From Candidatus Aenigmatarchaeota archaeon (GTDB lineage Archaea > Aenigmatarchaeota > Aenigmatarchaeia > CG10238-14), in assembly GCA_014728985.1 (NCBI GenBank), contig WJKS01000015.1, forward strand, positions 1 through 34,502: a stretch of DNA of 34,502 bases, read 5' to 3'. The position numbers and the translations under genes are program-made. Each line of letters begins with the position of its first letter. The first letter of the stretch is position 1. Positions 23,572-32,373 of the stretch are shown one piece after another. The notes beneath the pieces are model-generated. The model worked only from the letters and a program-made list of their open reading frames with translations. It was not told the origin of the DNA and searched no databases.

Positions 23572-23724
23572 CTAGTTTGGGTTTTGTTTAACAACAAGAC
23601 CATAGTTTTTAAGAAGTTGCATTTTGATTTTTGGATCAATAGTCCTCTCAGTAACTACGACTCTACCAGAGTTAACTGCTTTCTTCCTCATTAACGTTAT
23701 TTCACTCTTCTTTTTCTTTGCCAT
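23572..23724 (-). CDS. Small basic protein (50 aa)
   Basis: MAKKKKSEITLMRKKAVNSGRVVVTERTIDPKIKMQLLKNYGLVVKQNPN. AGGTG SD 7 nt before this ATG; the ORF-track start at 23772 is less likely. No family assigned. Confidence 0.45.
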   Translation of the reverse strand: MAKKKKSEITLMRKKAVNSGRVVVTERTIDPKIKMQLLKNYGLVVKQNPN

Positions 23725-23824
23725 ATTCAAGCACCTATCAGAAAAATTTGTTAATAGGATAATACCCTTCATTATTAGTTATGATTACTTATAAATCTTT
23801 TGGTGATGTTTTATATAGTTTTGA

Positions 23825-23896
23825 AGCCCTGGATGGGACTTGAACCCACAACCTATGCTTTACGAGAGCATTGCTCTACCATTGAGCTACCAGGGC
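23825..23896 (-). tRNA. tRNA-Thr (anticodon CGU)
   Basis: Acceptor GCCCTGG/CCAGGGC; anticodon arm ATGCT-CTCGTAA-AGCAT; T arm GTGGG-TTCAAGT-CCCAT. 72 nt. Confidence 0.9.
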
Positions 23897-23945
23897 TTAT
23901 AGCACTATTTTATTAGTTTGTAATACTATATATATGGAAGATTAA

Positions 23946-24953
23946 ATGGAAGAAGCCTTATTATGGAATAGTGAATCTGGAAAAGCTAGATGTGAACTCT
24001 GCGCTTGGAGATGTCTAATTCCTTCGGGTAAAGCGGGTCTCTGTGGCGTTCGAGTAAATGAAAAAGGTAGACTTTATTCCAAAAATTTTGGGAAAATAAT
24101 TCAGATGGATGAACAACCTATTGAAAAAGCACCCATGTTTCATTTTTATCCTGGTTCCGAGTCTCTCTTCTTAGCATCTTTTGGTTGTAATATGAGATGT
24201 CAATTCTGTATAAATGCTGATATGAGTCAAAAGGTTGGTGCTAAAGTTAAGAAAAAAACACCTGAAGATATAATAAAATATCTCAATGAGAAAAGAATAA
24301 AATTGATTGTTTTCACTTACACAGAACCCACGGTTAATTTTGAATTTGCTTTTAAGGTTGCTAGGCTCGCTAAGAGATATAATATAAAGACTGTTTTCGT
24401 CACAAATGGCTATATGACTTCTGATGCAATCAAAAAAATCGGAAAATATTTGGACGCAGTTTCAGTCGATATAAAAGCCTCTGGGGACCCTGAATTTTAT
24501 AAAAAATATATGGGCATTGAAGACGTAGTTCCTATATTTGATGCTTTAAAAAACTTCAGAAAACATAGGGTTTTTATAGAAGTTTCAAATTTAATTGTTC
24601 CTGAAATCGGTGGTAGTAAAGAACTGAATAGAGAATTCCTGTATTGGATAATAAACAATCTTGATTCCAGTATACCTTATCATCTCAGGGGATTTATACC
24701 GTCTTATAAAATGCAGGATACCCTCCCTACATCCTTGGATAAATTAGAGGACTTTGCATCAGATGCAAGGGAAATAGGATTGAGATATATCTATATTGAT
24801 GGTCAGTTAGGTTTTGGGAGAAATAATAATACTTATTGTTACAACTGTGGTGAACTTGTAGTTGAAAGAACTGCTTCTACCGTTAAGAAATTGAACTTAA
24901 TTGGGGACAGATGTCCTAAATGTGGTTTCAAGATAGATGTAGTTATAGAATAA
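23946..24953 (+). CDS. AmmeMemoRadiSam-system-type radical SAM enzyme (PflA-like activase family)
   Basis: N-terminal CELCAWRC...GLCGVRVNEKGRLY, radical-SAM CNMRCQFC cluster motif, and C-terminal Cys pairs CYNCG...CPKCG. Confidence 0.85.
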   Translation: MEEALLWNSESGKARCELCAWRCLIPSGKAGLCGVRVNEKGRLYSKNFGKIIQMDEQPIEKAPMFHFYPGSESLFLASFGCNMRCQFCINADMSQKVGAKVKKKTPEDIIKYLNEKRIKLIVFTYTEPTVNFEFAFKVARLAKRYNIKTVFVTNGYMTSDAIKKIGKYLDAVSVDIKASGDPEFYKKYMGIEDVVPIFDALKNFRKHRVFIEVSNLIVPEIGGSKELNREFLYWIINNLDSSIPYHLRGFIPSYKMQDTLPTSLDKLEDFASDAREIGLRYIYIDGQLGFGRNNNTYCYNCGELVVERTASTVKKLNLIGDRCPKCGFKIDVVIE

Positions 24954-24984
24954 TTATATTAGAATAAATCCTAAATTATTGATT

Positions 24985-25884
24985 ATGAAACGTTTCATTT
25001 TACTAACATTATTAATTCTGTTACTTACGCCTGTTTTATCGATGGCTTTTGTTCACGAACTAAACGTTACCATTGACATTCAAACTAATGATAAGGTCAA
25101 TATGGAATTAGATTTTAATTTTCCACATACTTCTGATGAAGTTTATTTCTCAATGCCTTATGAGATAAATGATCTCGAAGTCGAAGGCGGTAAATGTCAT
25201 GTTGAGAGTAATATTAACAATATATTGGTTTGTGAACCTCCGTCTCCTTTTATTGTTGGTAAGGTTTTCGTGAAAGCTAGTTTTGAGACCCATGGGATGA
25301 TAGAAAGAAAAGATAATAAAACCTCTTTTAGTTTTGATATTCCGATGCTTCAGGATACCGATAGAGTTAATATAATTACAAAACTTCCTGAGTTAATGGT
25401 TTTAGTTGACAATAAATTATTACCACTTTCTCCTTCTGGAGCAGATATAGGTAGTGATGGTAGAAGAATTACTCTTAAATGGTATTTCAGAGATCAGTTT
25501 AAAGGAGATATAATACCATTAAGGATTTATTATGAAAATATCAATCCCACAAATTTTGTTCAGTTGATAGACGTGAGATGGATAATATTATTTTTACTGA
25601 TATTGGTTGTTGGTATATTCCTAATATATGATAAAATATCTAAGAGATCAGGGGTAGTTTTATCTGTTTTGAATGAACCCGAGAGGATTGTTGTTAAGGT
25701 TATTCAGGAGCGGGGCGGCGAAGAAGTTAATCAGAAAAAAATTGTAAAGGCAACCGGATTTTCTAAAGCAAAAGTTAGCCGAATACTTCAGAGTCTGGAG
25801 GCACGTGGAGTTATTTCAAAAGAAAGATTTGGTAGGAGGAACAAGATAACGGTGAAGAAAAAATTCATTGAGGAAGATACTTAA
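24985..25884 (+). CDS. Single-pass transmembrane regulator: signal peptide, extracytoplasmic domain, TM, cytoplasmic winged HTH
   Basis: Signal peptide ILLTLLILLLTPVLSMA; about 170-aa outside domain; TM WIILFLLILVVGIFLIY. C-terminal MarR/TrmB-like HTH: EVNQKKIVKATGFSKAKVSRILQSLEARGVISKERFGRRNKI. Confidence 0.7.
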   Translation: MKRFILLTLLILLLTPVLSMAFVHELNVTIDIQTNDKVNMELDFNFPHTSDEVYFSMPYEINDLEVEGGKCHVESNINNILVCEPPSPFIVGKVFVKASFETHGMIERKDNKTSFSFDIPMLQDTDRVNIITKLPELMVLVDNKLLPLSPSGADIGSDGRRITLKWYFRDQFKGDIIPLRIYYENINPTNFVQLIDVRWIILFLLILVVGIFLIYDKISKRSGVVLSVLNEPERIVVKVIQERGGEEVNQKKIVKATGFSKAKVSRILQSLEARGVISKERFGRRNKITVKKKFIEEDT

Positions 25885-26033
25885 AAAATGTTAAATTTTC
25901 CTTCAAAAATCAAAAAGTCTTTAAAAACCTTTTTAGATGAAAATAAGACATAAAAAGTTTAATGGAACAATTATGTAATTTCTAAGAGCCTATTTTCAAA
26001 TTTAGACTATGTTTTTAATTATGTAAAAAAAAG

Positions 26034-26050
26034 CGTGAAACAGTTTCACG
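26034..26050. promoter_or_regulatory. Perfect 8-1-8 palindrome CGTGAAAC-A-GTTTCACG abutting the S-layer promoter (candidate operator)
   Basis: Read directly from the sequence. It ends 5 nt upstream of the TTTAAATA element, so it overlaps the expected BRE position. Confidence 0.4.
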
Positions 26051-26055
26051 AAAGG

Positions 26056-26063
26056 TTTAAATA
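26056..26063 (+). promoter_or_regulatory. Candidate TATA box (TTTAAATA) of the S-layer gene
   Basis: Preceded by purine-rich CGAAAGG (BRE-like). Predicts a start near 26088 and a leader of roughly 50 nt ending in a GGTGA SD 6 nt before the ATG. Confidence 0.5.
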
Positions 26064-26092
26064 CCTCCCGAAAGTAATTAGTTAGTAAAAGT

Positions 26093-26124
26093 GGACGCAA
26101 GTCCGCGCTTTCCGCGCAAGCGGA
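26093..26124 (+). promoter_or_regulatory. Two tandem G+C-rich GCAA-tetraloop hairpins in the S-layer mRNA leader
   Basis: GGAC-GCAA-GTCC (26093..26104) and TCCGC-GCAA-GCGGA (26111..26124). A conspicuous GC island in AT-rich intergenic DNA. Confidence 0.45.
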
Positions 26125-26141
26125 ATATTTGGTGAAAATAA

Positions 26142-28379
26142 ATGAACGTAAAAAAATTGCTATCAGCAATTTTGACTGCACTTTTGGCAATGTCGCCAGT
26201 AGTTATGGCATTAGATTTAGGAGACTATCCAAGTTTCCTATTCGAAGACAACAATCTAGATGCATATGTAGTTGTTGGCTCTGCCGCAGCTCCGGCTGAC
26301 GTTGTAGGTGCCGTTGATTTAGCAGCAAGATTAGCAGGTGAATCCTACGAAGAAGTAGGTACAGGAGGAGATTCAGTAACAGTAACAGGAGGAGAGTCGG
26401 AAGATATTCCTATTAATAAAGGAATGTCTGCGACAAACTACATGGACCAAGTCATGGACGACGAAGACCTTGCAGGTCTTTTGGATAGTGAAGTGACTTT
26501 CCAGAGTGACTCATACAATTACAGAGAAGTACTTGTATTCTCCAGTAGCCAACCATCTGTCCACTCAAGTTTAACGAGTTCAGACGATGATTATGGTGAA
26601 GGAGTATATCTAGAAACATCAAGTGGATCTATAGCCTATTATTGGGTATTTGATGAGGCAATTAACGTAAGTACAGCCACATCATCTCAACCACTTAGAA
26701 TGGAATTTCTAGGCAAGGCAATAAAAATTACAAGTGTTTCCTCAGCGACTACATTCACAGCTTATGTGGGAGATACATACTCCATGAACGTAGGTGATAG
26801 TGTAGAAGTAGAAGGAAAAACAGTAACATTAGAAAATGTAGGTAGTACTGGATCAGTCAGATTAAACATTGACGGTACATTGTACACAGTCAGTGGAACT
26901 GAGACCCATGAAGGCATTGAAATAACAATCGATGATTATTTCTATGCTGATGCACTCGCTGAAAGAGGAGCAACAATAATTATGGGTAAACAGGCATCTG
27001 AAAGTTATACAGATGGAGACAAGTATCTAAAAGACGATAATATCTGTAATAATAATCCAGAGGATACAGATTGTTGGGAATGGGTTGTTGCCGGTTTAAC
27101 CGGTAACTCAGCAACCACAGTTGGTAGTTCAGGACCTTCTGCAGGTCCATACATTGGTGTTAAAGGTGTTTTCACAGTAAATGATGACACAGATAACCCA
27201 ATTACGGCTGGTGGATGTTATAAGTTCCCAAACGACTATGCAGAAGTTTGCTTCGATAGTCTAAGTGTATCAGAAGACGCCTATATGACATTGACACTTG
27301 AATACGCAGATTCTGTAGACCTAAGTAATGCAGTAGGTGGTAAGACAGCGCAAAATACCATGTACCTCCACACTTCAGAGGAGGAAGGACTCAAATTAAA
27401 GAGTGCCTTGAGTGGTTTGAGTGCCGATACCAGAACAACACAAGTCTGGTTAGAAGTCAATACAACTGATGCAGATTGGGTCAATGTATATTACAGAAAC
27501 AGTGAAGGAGCTAAGGCTTACGCAGGTTATGTCAACACTACAGCTAGTGGTGGCGTTAACTTTGCTGAGATCGAGTACGGAGACACAAAGGGAACAAATA
27601 TGGCGTTAGACCTTGCAGGTGACGCATCTGGAGGAGCCGATGCTTTGAATTTGACCTTTGATATCTTAGGAAAGACAACAACAGACTTAGCAGACAATTA
27701 TGACGATTTAAGAGTCCAACTAAGCCACGCAAGTAGTGGTGCTTTCGACGGACTTGGTGCTACACCAAGCAGTGAGGAAGCAAACGAGTTACAATGGTGT
27801 AACGGTGCTGGCAGTGGTTGTGTATGGAAGAACATTGGTACAAAAGACGAAAATCACAGATCGATTTACGGTATAGTAATCGAGGATCCAAAATCACACG
27901 GAGCAAGTGATGAAGTCGTACTAAGAGTACCACAAGAGCAAGTATTTGCTAAAATCGTTGTAAAAGGTCCATCAACAACAGTAACATCATCAACAAGTGG
28001 AACAGTTAAGAAAGTTGTACCAGTAACAAACGCAGTTGCTAAATTAGATACTGAAGTATCTCTACCAGTTGGTAAAAACCTAGTTTTAGTAGGTGGTCCA
28101 GCTGTAAATAGACTAACCGCCCAGGCAATGGGTCTTGATTATCCAACTTATGGAGGTTCAGGATTGTTGCCATTCTCTGAGGGAGAAGGTTACATCGCAT
28201 TATACGATAGTGGCCTAGAATCAGGAAAATATGCAGTAGTCGTAGCTGGATGGGCAGCCGGTGACACAAGAAATGCTGCTTCAGTATTACAACAATTTGG
28301 CTCATTTAACAGCCAATTAGACGGCAATGTAGCAGTCAAAGTTACAAGCGTTTCAGCTTCTGGAATTACAGCAGCTTAA
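26142..28379 (+). CDS. S-layer protein (Methanococcales/Thermococcales-type N- and C-terminal S-layer domains)
   Basis: Signal peptide MNVKKLLSAILTALLAMSPVVMA. N-domain: YVVVGSAAAPADVVGAVDLAARLAG. C-domain: KNLVLVGGPAVNRLTAQAMGL. Rich in Thr/Ser/Gly/Asp/Val and poor in Lys, with high-expression-like codon usage. Confidence 0.9.
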   Translation: MNVKKLLSAILTALLAMSPVVMALDLGDYPSFLFEDNNLDAYVVVGSAAAPADVVGAVDLAARLAGESYEEVGTGGDSVTVTGGESEDIPINKGMSATNYMDQVMDDEDLAGLLDSEVTFQSDSYNYREVLVFSSSQPSVHSSLTSSDDDYGEGVYLETSSGSIAYYWVFDEAINVSTATSSQPLRMEFLGKAIKITSVSSATTFTAYVGDTYSMNVGDSVEVEGKTVTLENVGSTGSVRLNIDGTLYTVSGTETHEGIEITIDDYFYADALAERGATIIMGKQASESYTDGDKYLKDDNICNNNPEDTDCWEWVVAGLTGNSATTVGSSGPSAGPYIGVKGVFTVNDDTDNPITAGGCYKFPNDYAEVCFDSLSVSEDAYMTLTLEYADSVDLSNAVGGKTAQNTMYLHTSEEEGLKLKSALSGLSADTRTTQVWLEVNTTDADWVNVYYRNSEGAKAYAGYVNTTASGGVNFAEIEYGDTKGTNMALDLAGDASGGADALNLTFDILGKTTTDLADNYDDLRVQLSHASSGAFDGLGATPSSEEANELQWCNGAGSGCVWKNIGTKDENHRSIYGIVIEDPKSHGASDEVVLRVPQEQVFAKIVVKGPSTTVTSSTSGTVKKVVPVTNAVAKLDTEVSLPVGKNLVLVGGPAVNRLTAQAMGLDYPTYGGSGLLPFSEGEGYIALYDSGLESGKYAVVVAGWAAGDTRNAASVLQQFGSFNSQLDGNVAVKVTSVSASGITAA

Positions 28380-28392
28380 GAACGCTAAAGGA

Positions 28393-28417
28393 TTTCTTTT
28401 TTTTCTTTTTTATTTTT
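28393..28417 (+). terminator. Oligo-T tract (archaeal intrinsic termination signal) after the S-layer gene
   Basis: TTTCTTTTTTTTCTTTTTTATTTTT begins 14 nt after the stop codon. Confidence 0.5.
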
Positions 28418-28480
28418 CTAAGATTCTACTTATTGGGTTACAAATATTAGCTAATTTCACAATAATGAGTTATTGATAAC

Positions 28481-29068
28481 ATGGAACTTCAGATAAGAAA
28501 AAGGACTATATTTCTCATATTAGGTATTATTGGAATTATTGTTCTAATTCTGGGGTTTTCCCAACTGTATAAAAATTATCTAAAACCAGTTAAATCGGTT
28601 TACATCAATGATGTACCCTTTACTTTTAGAAGAGATGTTAGGAGAGCACTAAAGGTAGATTTATTTCCAAAAGAGGAATTACTCCATGAGTTATTTACAA
28701 ACTACAGAGTAAGAAATATAACAATATTATTCAAAGCAGGTACTCCCGAAACAAATGCTCTTTATGAGCTTGAGACAATCGAATTGACTTACAAGTTGTT
28801 TAGATATGATGATATAACAAGGGGAATGGTAAGACCAAGAAAGAGTTTCAATGCCGAGGAAATTGAAAATTATGAGAATATTACTCGTGAAGATAGTGTC
28901 TTGAAAATAATATTAGTTCCCCCAGAATTTTCAGATGAGACCAGAGTGAGTGCGGGCGGTAACAGGATTTGGGTTTACGGTAGGACTGACAAGGAATTTG
29001 ATCTTGCCACAATGAAGGCGATATTGAGTATAATGAATGTCACTAATGTGGAAGATTTAGTCAATTAA
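28481..29068 (+). CDS. N-terminally anchored hypothetical protein
   Basis: Single TM (IFLILGIIGIIVLILGF) followed by a soluble domain of about 160 aa. No family recognised. Confidence 0.5.
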   Translation: MELQIRKRTIFLILGIIGIIVLILGFSQLYKNYLKPVKSVYINDVPFTFRRDVRRALKVDLFPKEELLHELFTNYRVRNITILFKAGTPETNALYELETIELTYKLFRYDDITRGMVRPRKSFNAEEIENYENITREDSVLKIILVPPEFSDETRVSAGGNRIWVYGRTDKEFDLATMKAILSIMNVTNVEDLVN

Positions 29069-29686
29069 TGAAGAAAGCTTTTCTTTTGATTGGAAGCCTG
29101 TGAGTAATTTGTCATTAAAAATCACCGAAGGCGACGTCTTTACTTCATAAATGTCTTTTAATGTTTTAAGTGCAGGGTTTTCTTCGTCTATATCAAAAGC
29201 ATATATTACAACATCATCCGGGTATTTTTCGTATATATAATCCAATACATAACCCTGTGATTCACTTTCAGAGCTATTTAACTTGTTTGAATAGAAGAAG
29301 ATAATTATGTTAATACTCCTATCGCACTCTTCTTTAACTTTTTTTACTAACAACCACTGTCTTAATGATAACAAGGAATAATCCTGTTTCAAATCCTCAA
29401 CAATTTTATGATCCTTTCCTAGATTCTTTTCCAAGACATCTATCCTTTTACCCAATTCCGACTTTTCTTTGGTTAATTGAAATACATTTACTTTACAGAT
29501 ATATTCTGATGCAATTTCCGATTGGAGATTTAGGGATAGTATATAGTTTCTAAGTTCTTTTTGGGTTTCTGTCACCTGAATCGATGTTCTAGATGATATT
29601 CTTTGTGCTATAAGAAAACCTATTATAAAGATGAATAAGGTTAGCAGAAAAACCGAAAAATACTTATTCCAACTAATTTTTCTCAT
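29057..29686 (-). CDS. N-terminally anchored hypothetical protein with a coiled-coil and a possible thioredoxin-fold-like C-terminal region (no CxxC)
   Basis: TM FSVFLLTLFIFIIGFLIA. C-terminal INIIIFFYS...VVIYAFDIDEENPALKTLKDIYEVKTSPSVIFNDKLLTG resembles a Trx-like beta-alpha-beta layout. Overlaps the convergent neighbour by 12 nt. Confidence 0.5.
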   Translation of the reverse strand: MRKISWNKYFSVFLLTLFIFIIGFLIAQRISSRTSIQVTETQKELRNYILSLNLQSEIASEYICKVNVFQLTKEKSELGKRIDVLEKNLGKDHKIVEDLKQDYSLLSLRQWLLVKKVKEECDRSINIIIFFYSNKLNSSESESQGYVLDYIYEKYPDDVVIYAFDIDEENPALKTLKDIYEVKTSPSVIFNDKLLTGFQSKEKLSSLID

Positions 29687-29719
29687 AGCTAATAATTTAG
29701 ATAAAGAGATTTAATTGTT

Positions 29720-30958
29720 TTACCAACCAGGCTTTTTTCTAGTAATAAAGTGGACTAATGCTATAACTTGTGATATCCCCATTGCCCATCCGTATATCAA
29801 GAGGTAAAAAACATATCCTAACCTAAATTTCTCATTGACGTTTCTTCTTGCAATCTCGTAAAGGAGAAGTGCTGTTAGAAATGAAAACATTATTAAAAGC
29901 GTTTTTTCATCGGTTAAGAGATGACTCAAACTTAATTCTATATTGAAATTCAGTAGAGGAAATATATCAAAGTTAATTAAAGAGCTCAGGTAGATATTGT
30001 GAATTAAGTCAAAAACAAGTCTTATTGAGAAATACAAAAAAAGAAAAGATACGAAACTTATGCTGAATAAAGTGACTGGGAGAAAGAAAACACCTAGATC
30101 CCCATAATCAGGGCTTAGCATATGCTTATACTTGAAAATATTTTCTAATCCCCCGAAACTCCATCTCACTCTTTGTCTTATCAGGCTCTTAAGGTTTTTT
30201 GGTGGAACGGTATAAACTTTGCTTTTCAGTGATTGAATTATTTGATAGTGTTTTGATTGTATTCTCATCCCCATTTCGAAATCTTCTGTTAATGTATCTG
30301 TTTCGAAAAGTCCATATTTTTTCAGGAATTTTTTTCTTACAAAAGCTCCTGCTGGGGCGCAATTCATTGAACCCATGAACGAGGAACTCTTCTTAATAAT
30401 GGCCGTAATAATGTATTCTATAGCCTGACATTTTTCCAAAAGATTCTTTGGTCTCCAAATTTTTTGGAGGGGCAATGCAGCCATCACTTTTGGATCATTA
30501 AAACACCCGATTATATTTTCGAAACAATTTTTATCTGGGAAAGTGTCAGCATCTAATATCATAACTAAATCCCCTTTCGATTTTTTAATTCCATAATTAA
30601 CTGCCTCGGCCTTACCTCCGTGTTTTTTTGAGAAAACCTTCAATACTTTACTTTTCACTTTCTTTGCCTGCTTAAAAGTGTCATCCTCAGATTCATCATC
30701 AACAACTATTATTTCCAATTTATTTCGGGGGTATTTGGCCTTTAAGACCGATTTAATTGTTCTAATTATATTTTCACCTTCATTATAAGCCGGTATAATA
30801 ACTGAAATTTTAGGATATTTTTGATTTCTAGTTTTTTTATCACATTCATGATCATTCTCTATAAAGGTTGTAAGGAAAAAAAGTGTTGAAAATAAGGAGA
30901 AAAACATTGTTAGACAGACTAGTATATTATTAAAATTCAGTATCATAAGACCAATCAA
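29720..30958 (-). CDS. Processive family-2 glycosyltransferase (NodC/PgaC/chitin- or cellulose-synthase-like), integral membrane
   Basis: VIIPAYNE, VVDDES, ILDADT, TEDFEMGMR (TED) and QRVRWSFG (QxxRW) motifs, with flanking TM helices. Confidence 0.88.
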   Translation of the reverse strand: MIGLMILNFNNILVCLTMFFSLFSTLFFLTTFIENDHECDKKTRNQKYPKISVIIPAYNEGENIIRTIKSVLKAKYPRNKLEIIVVDDESEDDTFKQAKKVKSKVLKVFSKKHGGKAEAVNYGIKKSKGDLVMILDADTFPDKNCFENIIGCFNDPKVMAALPLQKIWRPKNLLEKCQAIEYIITAIIKKSSSFMGSMNCAPAGAFVRKKFLKKYGLFETDTLTEDFEMGMRIQSKHYQIIQSLKSKVYTVPPKNLKSLIRQRVRWSFGGLENIFKYKHMLSPDYGDLGVFFLPVTLFSISFVSFLFLYFSIRLVFDLIHNIYLSSLINFDIFPLLNFNIELSLSHLLTDEKTLLIMFSFLTALLLYEIARRNVNEKFRLGYVFYLLIYGWAMGISQVIALVHFITRKKPGW

Positions 30959-30973
30959 ATATAATTAATGTTG

Positions 30974-31333
30974 TCAGTCTTTAAGTAATGGTACATTACC
31001 GGTTATCTTGTCAATCTTTTCTTCCTTATCTGGTCCTATCCCTAAGGCGGTTACTGTTCCTGGTTCTAATTCTGTTAGTCCTGCGTCCTTTACGAGAAAA
31101 TATGGGATTTCAGATTTTTTTGCTTTATTTTTTAATCTTATCAATTCTTCCCTTGAACCCACTTCTAAAGTTACCTTTTTTTGTCCTTCTCCTCTCCAGG
31201 ATTTTAAGATTGCTTCAGGCGTTTTTTCGTATGATCCAATACACGCATGACAGGCCTGCACACACTTTTTTCCCGAAGTCATTTCTAAATCCTTTCTTAT
31301 TATAATCACTTGTTTTAACATAAAATCACTCAT
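30974..31333 (-). CDS. pth2: Peptidyl-tRNA hydrolase, archaeal type (Pth2)
   Basis: KQVIIIRKDLEMTSGKKCVQACHA...YFLVKDAGLTELEPGTVTALGIGP is the Pth2 fold signature. 119 aa. Confidence 0.9.
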   Translation of the reverse strand: MSDFMLKQVIIIRKDLEMTSGKKCVQACHACIGSYEKTPEAILKSWRGEGQKKVTLEVGSREELIRLKNKAKKSEIPYFLVKDAGLTELEPGTVTALGIGPDKEEKIDKITGNVPLLKD

Positions 31334-31558
31334 TAGGTTAATAATAAATAATTGTCCTTCTTTAAATTATGATATGTTGACAGGTAAGCTCAGTGATATC
31401 TTAATGGGTTTGCTTAGTTTCTTTTTCCTAGTAATTTTTCTCTGTTAATTTGGGATGATTCTCTTGTTTTGAGATGACCTATCTAACTTTCGTTTTGGAT
31501 TGGTGGTTCAGTTTTGACAGATTTATTTTGAATTAAAAATAAATGGAGGTGTGATAGT

Positions 31559-31786
31559 ATGGGTAGACGCTACCATGATTTAGATAGAATGGAGGGCCGA
31601 ATAGCTCATGTACAAGTTCGTGGCTATGCTGGTGTAGAAGTAGGTGGAAGACAATTTACATGGAGGCAATTAGGTATAGGATCTGGATTGAACAGAACAG
31701 GGGTTTCAGGGATTTTAGGAATAATTGAATTACATGAGAATGGGAATTCTGATAATCCTCCGTATTGTACCCCCACGACTTTTTAG
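31559..31786 (+). CDS. Arg/Gly-rich orphan protein (75 aa)
   Basis: Strong SD GGAGGTG 7 nt before the ATG. 8 Arg and 0 Lys. No family recognised. Confidence 0.5.
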   Translation: MGRRYHDLDRMEGRIAHVQVRGYAGVEVGGRQFTWRQLGIGSGLNRTGVSGILGIIELHENGNSDNPPYCTPTTF

Positions 31787-31822
31787 TGAACCAACTCCCC
31801 TTTTTATTTTTTTATTCCTAAA

Positions 31823-32347
31823 ATGTACTATATGACTAGACTTCTTTTGTTAGTTCCTCCAAGAAACTTCAATGACACAGAGTATTCGGTAACTAGGGAA
31901 AGATTGGAACAAGCGGGAATTCAGGTAACGCTAACAAGTGTAGTAGAGGAAGAGATAACAGGTATGGGAGGAATGAAGATAACCCCGGAAAAAGAATTGA
32001 GATTAACGAATCCCAATAATTATGATGCACTCGTGATTATAGGAGGTTCGGGTACACCAAAATTGTTAGATTATCCTGAAGTCACAAATATAATTAAAAA
32101 ATTCGAAAATCAGGGAAAACCTATAGCAGCTATATGTTTAGCACCAATAATTCTAGCAAAGGCAGGTATTCTCAAAGGGGTTATCTGTACAGTCTTTCCC
32201 ACCAATTTTGCGTTGAAATGGTTAAAGGACGGGGGAGCAACTTATTCTGAATTGAATGTAGTAGAGGATGATAATATAATTACCGCAGATGGCCCTGGGG
32301 CTGCTAAAGAGTTTGCGGGAAAAATACTTAAGAAATTTAACCTTTAA
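31823..32347 (+). CDS. DJ-1/PfpI-family protein
   Basis: YDALVIIGGSG and the nucleophile elbow IAAICLAP, then IITADGPGAAKEF. 174 aa. Confidence 0.85.
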   Translation: MYYMTRLLLLVPPRNFNDTEYSVTRERLEQAGIQVTLTSVVEEEITGMGGMKITPEKELRLTNPNNYDALVIIGGSGTPKLLDYPEVTNIIKKFENQGKPIAAICLAPIILAKAGILKGVICTVFPTNFALKWLKDGGATYSELNVVEDDNIITADGPGAAKEFAGKILKKFNL

Positions 32348-32373
32348 AGGTTATTACTAATTGAGGAGATATT

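Noticed and set aside
27005-28305. Three minus-strand ORFs (61-88 aa) inside the S-layer gene, and 26002..26190 (-) over its promoter
   Set aside because: These are shadow ORFs in a long, richer-GC, highly biased coding region. The last one would run through the TATA and leader elements.
30988-31305. Two plus-strand ORFs (105 and 80 aa) opposite pth2
   Set aside because: Both are antisense to a clearly recognisable Pth2 gene. Their products are Leu/Phe/Ser low-complexity.
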